64,000 nucleotides of DNA from Octopus sinensis (lineage: Eukaryota), in the NCBI RefSeq assembly GCF_006345805.1, contig NC_042999.1, positions 117,924,001 through 117,988,000 of the forward strand. The letters are read 5' to 3'. Below are positions 27,435 to 40,607 of the stretch, piece after piece. Numbering within the stretch: the first letter of the stretch is position 1; each line of letters opens with the position of its first letter. Under the pieces are notes generated by a model that was not told where the DNA came from, did not search any database, and was given only the letters and a program-made list of their open reading frames with translations. A program made the position numbers and the translations under genes.

Positions 27435-28935
27435 CACACCCAGGACCACGCTAATAGCTAAGGAGTGGAATTTAGGTCTTCTCGGTTTTCTATGAATCGA
27501 ATTGATAAAGCTTCTCCCATCTGGTTTGCACACTATCGAAAAACCATTGTTGTTTTCATTATTCTGTGTAACGTCCTTTACTTCAGACTATTCAGTTTTG
27601 GGGTGAACTACGCTAATAGCTTTTGAATGAAAATAGCCCATCTATACATTTTTATCCATATTAAGCATACATTGAGTATATATTTAACTGAAAGCCATAA
27701 TAATATAATAACATTTATTGGCATAATGAATTACTTAGCCCCATGAGCACCCCCCCCCCCAAAAAAAAAAAACAATCAGATTGTGGGACCTCCAAAACTG
27801 TGACATCTAGGGATTTAAGTAATATTGGCCGCAAGTTACGTGGGAAACCTGGATAAACAAGCAAAGCCATTTCACCGCTCCCGGACCTCCTCGTGTACCG
27901 AAAACCACCAGAAATCGCATCGTCAGGACAATGGCTTCCATGCGAGAACCTTTGAAACTGCCTCCTCATAGGAGTTTGAGGCTTCAATGGGCCCAAAATT
28001 ACATGACGTTAGACTTGAGTTGTGTTCTGATCACTAAAGAAACCAGGGTGATCCTTGACGAAACTAACGGTTGGGCAAATGGTTGGGTCTATTTTAGAGA
28101 TGAGCGTCACCAACTTTTACGACGTCAACAACAGGGTGGAGGAGTCATCTTGTGGGCTGGTATCATTGGGGACAGACTTGTTGGCCCATTCAGGGTGCCT
28201 GAAGAGGTTAAAGTGATTGCAGCTGCCTTCTGCAATCTCCTGAAGGAGGTCTTGGATCTCTGGCTAGATGACATACTGCTGTCACTTCTAAGGAATCTCG
28301 AATTCATGCATGACAACACTCCCTCTCATTCTACTAGGACCACCCAAATATTCCTAGGGTTTTACGGTATACAATGTGAAAGGTTGATGGTGTAGTCGCA
28401 AGCATCTCCAGATCTCAAACCTATCGAAAATATTTGGTCCATCATTAAACAAGATGTTTATGACGATGGACGCCAATTTACGTCGAAAAATGTCATATGG
28501 GCGACCATGAAAGCTGCAGCAGAGGCAGTACAACCTGCTACTATTAAGAAATTGACTAATAGGGTTTTTGAAGTTATCTATCAAAATGGCGCTCATGTAG
28601 CTAAATAATTCATTATGACAATAAATGTTATAATATTATTATGGTTTTCTCTTAAATATACACTCAATGTGTGCTTAATATGTATCACTACCCTTCATTT
28701 TATAAAAAACAAAAAAAGGTATTGATGGTCTATTTTCATTCAAAAGCTATTAGCGTGGTTCACTCAAAAACTGAATAATCTGAAATAAAGGACGTTACTC
28801 AGAATAATGAAAACATAACAAGGGTGTTGCCAAGGGTGTTGCAAGCCAGCTGGGAAACGTTTTATCAAAATCGATTCGCAGAAAACCGAGAAATCCTAAT
28901 TTCACTCCTTAGCTATTAGCGTGGTTCTGGGTGTA
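27435..28935 (+). mobile_element. Tc1-like DD37E (TRT-like) transposon with long IR/DR-type TIRs; transposase pseudogene at ~27800-28605
   Basis: TA-flanked TIRs over 200 bp, each with two copies of ACYACGCTAATAGCT. Peptide RRQQQGGGVILWAGIIG...FMHDNTPSH...*SQASPDLKPIENIW has 37 residues between D and E. Confidence 0.85.
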
Positions 28936-28938
28936 TAT

Positions 28939-29094
28939 AGTGACTGTGTGGTAAGTAGCCTGCTTACCAACCACACGGTTCCGGGTTCAGTCCCACTGCG
29001 TGGCACCTTGGGAAAGTGTCTTCTACTATAGCCTCGGGCCGACCAAAGCCTTGTGATTGGATTTGGTAGACGGAAACTGAAAAGAAGCCCGTCG

Positions 29095-29137
<43 letters not shown>

Positions 29138-29362
29138 ATGTGTGTGTGTGTGTGTGTTTGTGTGTCTGTGTTTGTCCCCCCAACATCGCTTGACAACCGA
29201 TGCTGGTATGTTTACGCCCCCGTTACTTAGCGGTTCGGCAAAAGAGACCGATAAAATATGTACTAGGCTTACAAAGAATAAGACTTGGGGTCGATTTGCT
29301 CGACTAAAAAAGGCGGTGCTCCAGCATGGCCGCAGTCAAATGATTGAAACAAGTAAAAAAGA
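28939..29362 (+). mobile_element. SINE family 1
   Basis: Collinear with the 14351 copy and abuts the right TIR of the Tc1 element. Confidence 0.9.
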
Positions 29363-30698
29363 GAGAGAGAGAGGTTATGAGAGGTAATGGTGTCAATAAG
29401 ACCCAAATGTGTCAGATTAAGGTATTTAAGAGTGAGCGTTTTGGAATGTGATAGATAGGTCAACGCTCAACCTGCAAGTTTTGCCTTAAGGAGTCACTTC
29501 ACATATTAAAGGACAACTCTCCAGCTCTGCTAAATAAACGTAACATGGCATTAAGCACATGCAGCCACCGCGTCTTTCACACATTCAATTTCTACCACAA
29601 ATCCACATACCTAAACGACCATGCAGTATATTTCCACAATACCCATTAGGTAATCACAATAACCTTATAAATCTATATTTTAACTCATGATCTGTCTCAT
29701 ACTCGAATATCACAACCATCTAATTATATTCGTGTGTATATGAGTGCATGTATATGTATGTGTGTGTGTATGTGTGTTTGTGTGAATGTATATATGTATG
29801 CAAGGTATATATACCTGCGTATACAGGGGCGATAATACATACAGATACACGCATATATGGATGTACATGTGTACATATACACATGTGTACGAGTTGTATA
29901 TGTAGATATTGATATGTATAAATATCTGTATAAATATATAAATACATGTCTAATATATACATTTGTATACACCTTCACGTATATATTTTATTCTACTACT
30001 AAGCATTGACCTGTCCAACCACCTAATCTATAGTCCATAAATTCTTCATTCCGCCATATTACTCCCTCTCTCTGTGCCCCATCACTTAGATTCTACCACT
30101 ACATAACTGACACGCCTTTACCTTTTACACTATTATACCTCTCTCTCTCTCTCTATCATCCCCATTCCTTCTATCTGACATTCCTTTACTCTTTATTATC
30201 TTTTTACACTCTAATATCTTTCTCTCTCTATCACCCTAATCTCCCCTCTCCTACTTTCAAGTTATCTTGACTGACCACTAACTGGTACACTTTCCCTGTC
30301 TTCGTCTCTGTAATATCTCTCTCCTTCTTTTTCTTTTTCTTTTTTTCTTTACTTTATTCCTCTCTTCGTATTTTTTCTTTTTTCTTTTTCTTCATTTTTT
30401 CTCTGTTCTTTATTCCCCCCTTCCTGTTTCAACTTGACCTCACAAATACATTCCCTACTTTTAGGTCATTTTAAATAAAACCCTCGATTCAATAGCACTA
30501 TGTACAAACTCTATACTTGGAATGACCATCTTTAAATACTATTGGAATTTACTCACAAGGTATTGGAATCTTATATGTATACCATTCTGCCTAAACAATG
30601 GCTCTACAAATGCAATATCCCTGCATATCCCACATCTATTTTCATTCCTCCACTTCACTCTCTATTTCTTATCTTATCTAAATTAACTATCTCACATC

Positions 30699-30746
30699 GT
30701 CTCCGATGAAGGGATATAATAAATATCCTAGAAACAGCTGTAAGAC
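30699..30746 (+). ncRNA. Hammerhead ribozyme motif with a core substitution
   Basis: P1 GTCT/AGAC, core CCGATGA, P2 GGGATAT/ATATCCT, GAAAC-AGCT-GTA with palindromic loop III. Confidence 0.6.
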
Positions 30747-30880
30747 CTATTTATAAATGTTCTAAAATCTTCACAGCCTTGGTTTTTTTATCTCATTCTG
30801 AAAAAAATTATATATATATATATGTATATATATATAATATATTATATATATATATATATATTATATATATATATATATTA

Positions 30881-30921
<41 letters not shown>

Positions 30922-31019
30922 AATAGGTGAGAACATTTTTCTAACATAACGATTTAAATATATTCTTTAACCTTATAATACAAGCCTTCTGTAGTTTTTT
31001 CACTCATTTTTATTATATA

Positions 31020-31054
<35 letters not shown>

Positions 31055-31139
31055 CATGTATATATGCACGGTCTGTATATGTGTTTATGAACATGGTACT
31101 TCGTTGGTTACAATATTAGCGGCTTAATGTCGCTTATTT

Positions 31140-31334
31140 TTACATATATTGCGAATTGGGACGAACAACTGCCATGTCTAGCAGACAGGTGTCCAGTATT
31201 GAGGAAGGATAAGACCCTGAAATGAATTCTTGTCCACTGGTTCCGTCACCGCTGGATGGGAAGGATTCACTCCCTTGTTTGCAATATATCGGATACGGAT
31301 TTTGTGTCGTTAACCAGCTCGAAGTGGTGTCCAC
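31140..31334 (-). CDS. Possible terminal exon of an unidentified host gene
   Basis: Acceptor CTCTTTTTTAACCCCAG|GTG. Open phase-0 frame VDTTSSW...SQYM*. Non-repetitive sequence. No homology recognised. Confidence 0.3.
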   Translation of the reverse strand: MDTTSSWLTTQNPYPIYCKQGSESFPSSGDGTSGQEFISGSYPSSILDTCLLDMAVVRPNSQYM

Positions 31335-31796
31335 CTGGGGTTAAAAAAGAGTAGTAACATCGTTCCGTACGGAACAGTCATGTTGGAATGGCAACAAACA
31401 TTACTTTTCAGTAGAGTTACTACTTGCATCTCTAATAGAGATTTTAGAATTAGGTACTTTGCTTACACACACACACACACACATGTGAGTGTATGTGTGT
31501 GTTTGTGTGTATGCATGTACATGCGTGTTCTCTATATGTGTTTATGAACATGTACATGTACGATGCATGTATGATTAGTGGTTTGAAGTGGTTGGCAGCT
31601 CTTTTCTATTTTTCTTGGAATGTCTTTATATTATGACTTCACTAAGATGTAAACAAGAATTGTGTTTCTACGACGCTACTGTAGCACAAAGAAGTAAAGC
31701 AGAATTCACATATGCTGTCGCCAATACAGCATAAGGAACTAAATCATAAACCGAATATACGATGATTTGACAGTCTTCCTGAAAAGTTACACTAAC

Positions 31797-31910
31797 TCTG
31801 CAATAAGATTTAAACAATGACAGTTTTTCTCTCAGGCATGAGGAGAATTCTTTGAAAACGGCTATAACATTCGTAAGCTCTGTTTCATTACTAGTAAACT
31901 CTCCAAACAG
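31797..31910 (-). CDS. Possible 114-bp phase 0-0 internal exon
   Basis: Acceptor TCTCTCTGCAG|CTG and donor AGA|GTTAGT. Encodes LFGEFTSNETELTNVIAVFKEFSSCLREKLSLFKSYCR, in phase with 31140-31334. Confidence 0.3.
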
Positions 31911-33418
31911 CTGCAGAGAGATTAAACTAACGGTTGAAAAACGGCGTCTTGCTAACCGCATACTGCTGTCAAAGATACTACGTATAATCCCCAGATAATA
32001 TTAAGTTTAGAGCTACATTACTTTAAAACAGCTTTAACATCCTACCAACCGTATTTTACAGCTTTATCTGGGAAATTGGAGACTCATTAAAAGTTTTCAA
32101 AGAATTTTTTTCCTTTAGATCACTCAATCTATTCTAATGAGTAAAAGAATATTTTTATATATTTTCTTAGTTATAAATGTCACATTAAAATCTATGCTTC
32201 TTATCAAACGACTTGACCGCCGTGTATTTCAACTTACTAGAAATAGTTGCCAAATCACCACCAAATAACTACCAACTACAATAACCACGCACTACACTGC
32301 GGTCTTTTAAAAGGTACACACTGTATAATGTTCAATGAATTTTGTTTAAAAATCAAATGGAGTCGATTAGAAAACCATTGATAATCAGCCTTTTTGATCT
32401 GGACTGTATAGGGCTAAACAGCAACAATAACAAAACCGATGAGAAAAGTCAAGGAAGCCAAAAGTTGAGCATCTGCGTGTTCCACACAATCTGCAAGGAT
32501 GACTAGCCACTTGTCCCTTAAATTTTACACTATCGTCTTAGAAAATGTTACGACATATTAAACAATGTAGTACTATATTACATTATGTTTGAATATAATC
32601 AATAATAGTTTGGTTTGATTAGGTCTAGTATCAAGGTAGCTAACTACTACCACTAGAACGTCTACAACTATGACAACTATGAATGCAACAACTAAAACAC
32701 AATTTTCTAACAGTAGTACAGGACCACAAATTTTAGGTGATCAAGCATTCATTCTAGGAGTCTTTTATCGACCCTCGTAGGAATGAAGAGTCTTGTGCTA
32801 CAATGACAATAATTCTAATCTAGTGCATTTTAAGCTTTGGGGTTGAAATAAACTAATCCAGTAATATGTAATGATAATCTTTATATATATAAAACTGAGA
32901 ATATGTATCTGTCTGTCTGTCTGTCTGTGTGTTTCCCTAAAACTTGAGAACTACACAACCAATTTCATTCAAATTTTACACATGCCTTACTTAGGGTCCA
33001 TGTAGTTTCGTGGGCAAAAAGAAATGTTCAACTTTTTGCCTAGGGCGAGCCCATAGCAATATCATATCTTCTCCACTATTTCAGTAGTACATGTTAAAAG
33101 TAAACAAAAAACATTTCTCTATTTTATGTCAGATACTTTCACTTTAACATAAAAAATAATAATAACAATTGAAGTATATGTAGTAAGTTTAATTAAAATC
33201 AAAAAAGTATAATATAATCGTAACATAAAAAAAGTAAAAATAGCAATTGGTATAAAATTGCATCCGTGACTTGAACTGAAAAGTGGTTTCTCATGAATGG
33301 GAATAATTAAAAATAAAATTAGCCTGCAGAAATGGAATAGTCCAGATGGATAATAAAAGATTAAATAAAGAAAAACTATTGTCTATAAAGTATACAATGT
33401 AGAGAAAAAAGAGATTTT

Positions 33419-35193
33419 CACCCACGGCGGAAATACCCAAGTGTGTTGTTATTGTGACTAGACGGAATTTTGTTGTGTAATTGATAATTATCGCGCGAGG
33501 CGTTGCCTCTCGTGTGGAAACCTTCCGAAGAGGTGAATTGACCCTCTAGTCATGGCGACTTACGCGGGGGTCACGGGAAAAAGAAGTAATGATTGCTCGA
33601 TAGTCGTGAAGGATGTTTTCTTTGAGAAGAATAAACTCAAAGAATACGAAAAGCTATTCAAAAGGGAGGGTGATAGCGTGAAGCTAATCCCCCCCGCGAA
33701 AGCAAAAGAGGACAAAGAAAACAAAACTGTAACGTATAGAACCCAGGACAAAAGTACAAAGAAACTGGCAAGAGTGGAGATAGCAGAGATCGAAAAATGT
33801 CTGGGAGACATAATGGATAAATCGACCTACGTGAGTAGAGGAAAAAAATTTGGTACGGTGGAGGTGAGATGTGCAACGGAAGAAATTGCAGCCTCACTGG
33901 CTACCACTGTTCTAAGAGGCGGAAACATTCATAATGTGGCCCTCATACAAGGGAAGAAGAGGGGTCCGGGTTAAAATCCCGATATACCCCCAGAAATAAA
34001 AACAGAGTGGCTGGCACAGCTATTCTGGGAGCAGCAGAAGAGGAAGTGGAGGTGGAATCCTTTAAGGAGTCCAATGCAGTAAACTGGAGAGGATATGGGT
34101 AGAACTGTGTTTGATGGCCAAAAAAGAGGACATTGAAAGGTTCCCCTACAGAATAGAAATCGAAGACGAGAAAACCCTCAGTGTAATTGTAGAGGGTAGA
34201 AAGCCAAACTGCTACTTGTGCGGGACAAGGGGGGCACATTAAAAAAGAGTGCCCGCTATACGAATTCATAGCGGAGTACGAGCAGGAACTTGAAGAAAGG
34301 AAGAATAAGGTAAATGAAAAAGAAAACATAGAAAAGGAGACAAAACAACAAGAGAAGGAAATAATAAGTCAACGAAAGAAAAAGATATAAAAGAAAAAGA
34401 AGAAATGGAACCAAAACAGAGTCAGGAAAAGAAAAAGGAAAAGAAACAACAGGAAAAAAACAAGAGAGAGATCAGAATCAACGAAAGAAAAGACGGACGC
34501 ACACAAAAAGAAAAAGAAAAGGAACATAAAACACGAGAGAAAGAGAGAACAGACAAAGACCAAAAGACAAGAGAAGGAGAGAAGAAAGAAGAAAAGAAAG
34601 CAAAAGAGAGAAAGAGAGAAACAAAGAGAGGAGAACAAGGAAGAAGTAAGCCCGAAAAGAAAAACGAGGGAAAACGTAGGACGAAAACAAGATTACTACA
34701 AGTTAATAACCTTCCATTTCACCCCTGAAATGAAGGAATTGACATGTAGTACGGAGGGACATGTGTGGGTCAACAGGATGACTGATCAGTGCAGGAGATG
34801 CTCTGATCCCCGAAGAAAGAGTCGCTGAGTTCCTCAGAGCAGCTGGAGAGAGTGTAATTTTTTACACGGGTGTTCGAATGAAGAGCGGCTGCCTGAGGGC
34901 TCAGTGATTGACTTTAGAGACTTGAAAGGTATTATGGAATACGTATAAAATTGTGAGAAGAGAGAGAAGAAAGAAGAAAAAAAAAAAAAAGAAAATATTG
35001 TAAAATATATGTGACGAAAATGTAACCTCTCGATTTCGGGGATCGAGTGGGCATTTACATCTCATTGTAAATATTCTTTCATATGTCATTTTTACTTTTA
35101 ATTTTTTCCTTTTCTTGTCATTTCGCTTTCTTAATTTAAGTTCCTCGATTGTATTGTCCCCTCTATGTTCGCCCCTTGTGGGTAATAATAAAA
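33419..35193 (+). mobile_element. ORF1-only non-autonomous retroelement, family A, unit 1
   Basis: Junction motif, structured 5' UTR, one ORF1-like gene and the shared 47-nt tail. Confidence 0.85.
33552..34948 (+). CDS. Family A ORF1/Gag-like protein: CCHC knuckle, E/K-rich linker, C-terminal domain (frameshifted)
   Basis: MATYAGV...RGKKFGTVEVRC...VEGRKPNCYLCGTRGHIKKECP...DLKGIMEYV*, assembled across indels and copies. Homologous to ORF1 at 44724. Confidence 0.75.
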
Positions 35194-36980
35194 CACCACG
35201 GCGGAAATTTACCCAAGTGTGTTGTTATCTGTGACTAGACAGGAATTTTGTTGTGTAAATTGATAATTATCGCGCGAGGCGTTTGCCTCTACGTGTGGAA
35301 ACCTTCCGAAGAAGGTGAATTGACCCTCTAGTCATGGCGACTTACGCGGGGGTCACGGGAAAGAGAAGTAATGATTGCTCGATAGTCGTAAAGGATGTTT
35401 TCTTTGAGATAAGAAAACTCAAAGAATACGAAAAGCTATTCAAAAGGGAGGGTGATAGCGTGAAGCTAATCCCCCCCGCGAAAGCAAAAGAGGACAAAGA
35501 AAACAAAACTGTAACGTATAGAACCCAGTGACAAAAGTACAAAGAAACTGGCAAGAGTGGAGATAGCAGAGATCGAAAAATGTCTGGGGGAGACATAATG
35601 GATAAATCGACCTACGTGAGTAGAGGAAAAAAATTTGGTACGGTGGAGGTGAGATGTGCAACGGAAGAAAAATTGCAGCCTCACTGGCTACCACTGTTCT
35701 AAGAGCGGAAACATTCATAATGTGGCCCTCATACAAGGGAAGAAGAGGGGTCCGGGTTAAAATCCCGAATATATACCCCCAGAAATAAAAACAGAGTGCT
35801 GCAACAGCTATTCTGGGAGCACAGAAGAGGAAGTGGAGGTGGAATCTTTAAGGAGTCCAATGCAGTAAACTGGAGAGGATATGGGGTAGAACTTGTTTGA
35901 TGGCCAAAAAGAGGACATTGAAAGGTTCCCCTACAGAATAGAAATCGAAGACGAGAAAACCCTCAGTGTAATTGTAGAGGGTAGAAAGCCAAACTGCTAC
36001 TTGTGCGGGACAAGGGGGCACATTAAAAAAGAGTGCCCGCTATACGAATCATAGCGGAGTACGAGCAGGAACATGAAGAAAGGAAGAATAAGGTAAATGA
36101 AAAAGAAAACATAGAAAAGGAGACAAAACAACAAGAGAAAGGAAATAATAAGTCAACGAAAGAAAAAGATATAAAAGAAAAGAAAGAAATGAACCAAAAC
36201 AGAGTCAGGAAAAGAAAAAGGAAAAAGAAACAACAGGAAAAAACAGAGAGAGATCAGAATCAACGAAAGAAAAGACGGCACACAAAAAGAAAAAGAAAAG
36301 GAACATAAAACACGAGAGAAAGAGAGAACAGACAAAGAACCAAAAAGACAAGAGAAGGAAGAAGAAAGAAAAGAAAGCAAAAAAGAGAGAAAGAGAAACA
36401 AAGAGAGGAAACAAGGAAGAATAAGCCGAAAAGAAAAACGGAAAAACGAGGGAAAACGTAGGACGAAAACAAGATTACTACAAGTTATAACCTTCCATTT
36501 CACCCCTGAATGAAGGAATTGACATGTAGTAGTAAGGAGGGACATGTGTGGGTCAACAGGATGACTGATCAGTGGCAGGAGACTGCTCTGATCCCCGAAG
36601 AAAGAGTCTCGCTGAGTTCCTCAGAGCAGCTGGAGAGAGTGTAATTTTTTACACGGGTGTTCGAATGAAAGAGCGGCTGCTGAGGGCTCAGTGATTGACT
36701 TTAGAGACTTGAAAGGTATTATGGAATACGTATAAAATGTGAGAAGAAGAGAAGAAAGAACAAAAAAAAAAAAAAAAGAAAATATTGTAAAATATATGTG
36801 ACGAAAATGTAACCTCTCGATTTCGGGGATCGAGTGGGCATTTACATCTCATTGTAAATATTCTTTCATATGTCATTTTTACTTTTAATTTTTTCCTTTT
36901 CTTGTCATTTCGCTTTCTTAATTTAAGTTCCTCGATTGTATTGTCCCCTCTATGTTCGCCCCTTGTGGGTAATAATAAAA
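35194..36980 (+). mobile_element. Family A unit 2 (ORF 35334-36735, frameshifted)
   Basis: Near-identical to unit 1. Starts CACCACGGCGGAAA. Confidence 0.85.
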
Positions 36981-38800
36981 CACCACGGCGGAAATTTACC
37001 CAAGTGTGTTGTTATCTGTGACTAGACAGGAATTTTGTTGTGTAAATTGATAATTATCGCGCGAGGCGTTTGCCTCTACGTTGGAAACCTTCCGAAGAAG
37101 GTGAATTGACCCTCTAGTCATGGCGACTTACGCGGGGGTCACGGGAAAAGAAGAAGGAATGATTGCTCGATAGTCGAAAGGATGTTTTCTTGAGAAGAAA
37201 ATAAACTCAAAGATACGAAAAGCTATTCAAAAGGGAGGGTGATAGCGTGAAGCTAATCCCCCCCGCGAAAGCAAAAGAGGACAAAGAAAACAAAACTGTA
37301 ACGTATAGAACCCAGGACAAAAGTACAAAGAAACTGGCAAGAGTGGAGAGATAGCAGAGATCGAAAAATGTCTGGAGAACATAATGGATAAATCGACCTA
37401 CGTGAGTAGAGGAAAAAAATTTGGTACGGTGGTACGGTGGAGGTGAGATGTGCAACGGAAGAAATTGCAGCCTCACTGGCTACCACTGTTCTAAGAGCGG
37501 AAACATTCATAATGTGGCCCTCATACAAGGGAAGAAGAGGGGTCCGGGTTAAAATCCCGAATATACCCCCAGAAATAAAAACAGAGTGGCTGGCAACAGC
37601 TATTCTGGAGCAGCAGCAGAGAAGAGGAGTGGAGGTGGAATCCTTTAAGGAGTCCAATGCAGTAAACTGGAGAGGATATGGGGAGAGTGAACTGTGTTGA
37701 TGGCCACAAAAGAGGACATTGAAAGGTTCCCCTACAGAATAAAATCGAAGACGAGAAAACCCTCAGTGTAATTGTAGAGTAGGTAGAAAGCCAAACTGCT
37801 ACTTGTGCGGGACAGGGGGCACATTAAAAAAGAGTGCCCGCTATACGAATTCATAGCGGAGTACGAGCAGGAACTTGAAGAAAGGAAGAATAAGGTAAAT
37901 GAAAAAGAAAACATAGAAAAGGAGACAAAACAACAAGAGAAAGGAAATAATAAGTCAACGAAAGAAAAAGATATAAAAGAAAAGAAAGAAATGGAACCAA
38001 AACAGAGTCAGGAAAAGAAAAAGGAAAAAGAAACAACAGGAAAAAAACAAGAGAGAGATCAGAATAAAGAAAAAGAAAAGACGGCACACAAAAAGAAAAA
38101 GAAAAGGAACATAAAACACGAGAGAAAGAGAGAACAGACAAAGAAAAAACCCAAAAAAAAAAAAAAAAAGACAGAGAAGGAGAAGGAGAAGAAGAAAAGA
38201 AGCAAAAAAGAGAGAAAGAGAGGAACAAAGAGAGGAGAACAGGAAGAAGTAAGCCCGAAAAGAAAAACGAGGGAAAACGTAGGACGAAAACAAGATTACT
38301 ACAAGTTAATAACCTTCCATTTCACCCCTGAAATGAAGGAATTGACATGTAGTACGGAGGGACATGTGTGGGTCAACAGGATGACTGATCAGTGGCAGGA
38401 GACTGCTCGATCCCCGAAGAAAGAGTCGCTGAGTTCCTCAGAGCAGCTGGAGAGAGTGTAATTTTTTACACGGGTGTTCGAATGAAAGGCGGCTCTGCCT
38501 GAGGCTCAGTGATTGACTTTAGAGACTTGAAAGGTATTATGGAATACGTATAAAATTGTGAGAAGAGAGAGAAGAAGAAAGAAAAAAAAAAAAAAAAAAG
38601 AAAATATTGTAAAATATATGTACGAAAATGTAACCTCTCGATTTCGGGGATCGAGTGGGCATTTACATCTCATTGTAAATATTCTCATATGTCATTTTTT
38701 ACTTTTAATTTTTTCCTTTTCTTGTCATTTCGCTTTCTTATTTTAAGTTCCTCGATTGTATTGTCCCCTCTATGTTCGCCCCTTGTGGGTAGTAATAAAA
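36981..38800 (+). mobile_element. Family A unit 3 (ORF 37120-38553, frameshifted)
   Basis: Near-identical to unit 1. Tail variant GGGTAGTAATAAAA. Confidence 0.85.
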
Positions 38801-40607
38801 TCCCACGGCGGCGGAAATTTACCCAAGTGTGTTGTTATCTGTGACTACTAGACAGGAATTTGGTTGTGTAAATTGATAATTATCGCGCGAGGCGTTTGCC
38901 TCTACGTGTGGAAACCTTCCGAAGAAGGTGAATGACCCTCTAGTCATGGCGACTTACGCGGGGTCACGGGGACGGGAAAGAGAAGTAATGATTGCTCGAT
39001 AGTGGAAAGGATGTTTTCTTTGAGAAGAATAAACTCAAAGAATACGAAAAGCTATTCAAAAGGGAGGGTGATAGCGTGAAGCTAATCCCCCCCGCGAAAG
39101 CAAAAGAGGACAAGAAAAACAAAACTGTAACGTATAGAACCAGGACAAAAGTACAAAGAAACTGGCAAGAGTGGAGATAGCAGAGATCGAAAAATGTCTG
39201 GGAGACATAATGGATAAATCGACCTACGTAGAGTAGAGGAAAAAAATTTGGTACGGTGGAGGTGAGATGTGCAACGGAAGAAATTGCAGCCTCACTGGCT
39301 ACCACTGTTCTAAGGCGGAGGAAACATTCATAATGTGGCCCTCATACAAGGGAAGAAGAGGGGTCCGGGTTAAAATCCCGAAATACCCCCAGAAATAAAA
39401 ACAGAGTGGCTGGCAACAGCTATTCTGGGAGCAGCAGAAGAGGAAGTGGAGGTGGAATCCTTAAGGAGTCCAATGCAGTAAACGGGAGAGGATATGGGGT
39501 AGAACTGTGTTTGATGGCCACAAAAGAGGACATTGAAAGGTTCCCCTACAGAATAGAAATCGAAGACGAGAAAACCCTCAGTGTAATGTAGAGGGTAGAA
39601 AGCCAAACTGCTACTTGTGCGGGACAAGGGGGCACATTAAAAAAGAGTGCCCGCTATACGAATTCATAGCGGAGTACGAGCAGGAACTTGAAGAAAGGAA
39701 GAATAAGGTAATGAAAAAGAAAACATAGAAAAAATAGAAAGGACAAACAACAAGAGAAAGGAAATAATAAGTCAACGAAAAAAAAGATATAAAAGAAAAG
39801 AAAGAATGGAACCAAAACAGAGTCAGGAAAAGAAAAAGGAAAAAGAAACAACAGGAAAAAAACAAGAGAGAGATCAGAATCAAACGAAAAGAAAAGACGG
39901 CGGCACACAAAAAGAAAAAGAAAAGGAACAAAAAAACACGAGAGAAAGAGAGAACAGAAAAGAACCAAAAAGACAAGAGAAGGAAGAAGAAAGAAAAGAA
40001 AGCAAAAAGAGAGAAAGAGAGAAACAAAGAGAGGAGAACAAGGAAGAAGTAAGCCCGAAAAGAAAAACGAGGGAAAACGTAGGACGAAAACAAGATTACT
40101 ACAAGCTAATAACCTTCCATTTCACCCCTGAATGAAGGAATTGACATGTAGTACGGGGAGGGACATGTGTGGGTCAACAGGATGACTGATCAGTGGCAGG
40201 AGACTGCTCTGATCCCCGAAGAAAGAGTCGCTGAGTTCCTCAGAGCAGCGGGGAGAGAGTGTAATTTTTTACACGGGTGTTCGAATGAAAGAGCGGCTGC
40301 CTGAGGGCTCAGTGATTGACTTTAGAGACTTGAAAGGTATTATGGAATACGTATAAAATGTGAGAAGAGAGAGAAGAGAGAAAAAGAAAAAAAAAAAAAA
40401 AAAGAAAACATTGTAAAATATATGTGACGAAAATGTAACCTCTCGATTTCGGGGATCGAGTGGGCATTTACATCTCATTGTAAATATTCTTTCATATGTC
40501 ATTTTTTACTTTTAATTTTTTCCTTTTCTTGTCATTTCGCTTTCTTATTTTAAGTTCCTCGATTGTATTGTCCCCTCTATGTTCGCCCCTTGTGGGTAGT
40601 AATAAAA
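38801..40607 (+). mobile_element. Family A unit 4 (ORF 38946-40356, frameshifted)
   Basis: Near-identical to unit 1. Tail variant as in unit 3. Confidence 0.85.

Noticed and set aside
35270-35336. HDV-like ribozyme in the satellite 5' UTR
   Set aside because: I could not build P1/P3/P1.1 pairing or place a catalytic C. Only simple hairpins are supported
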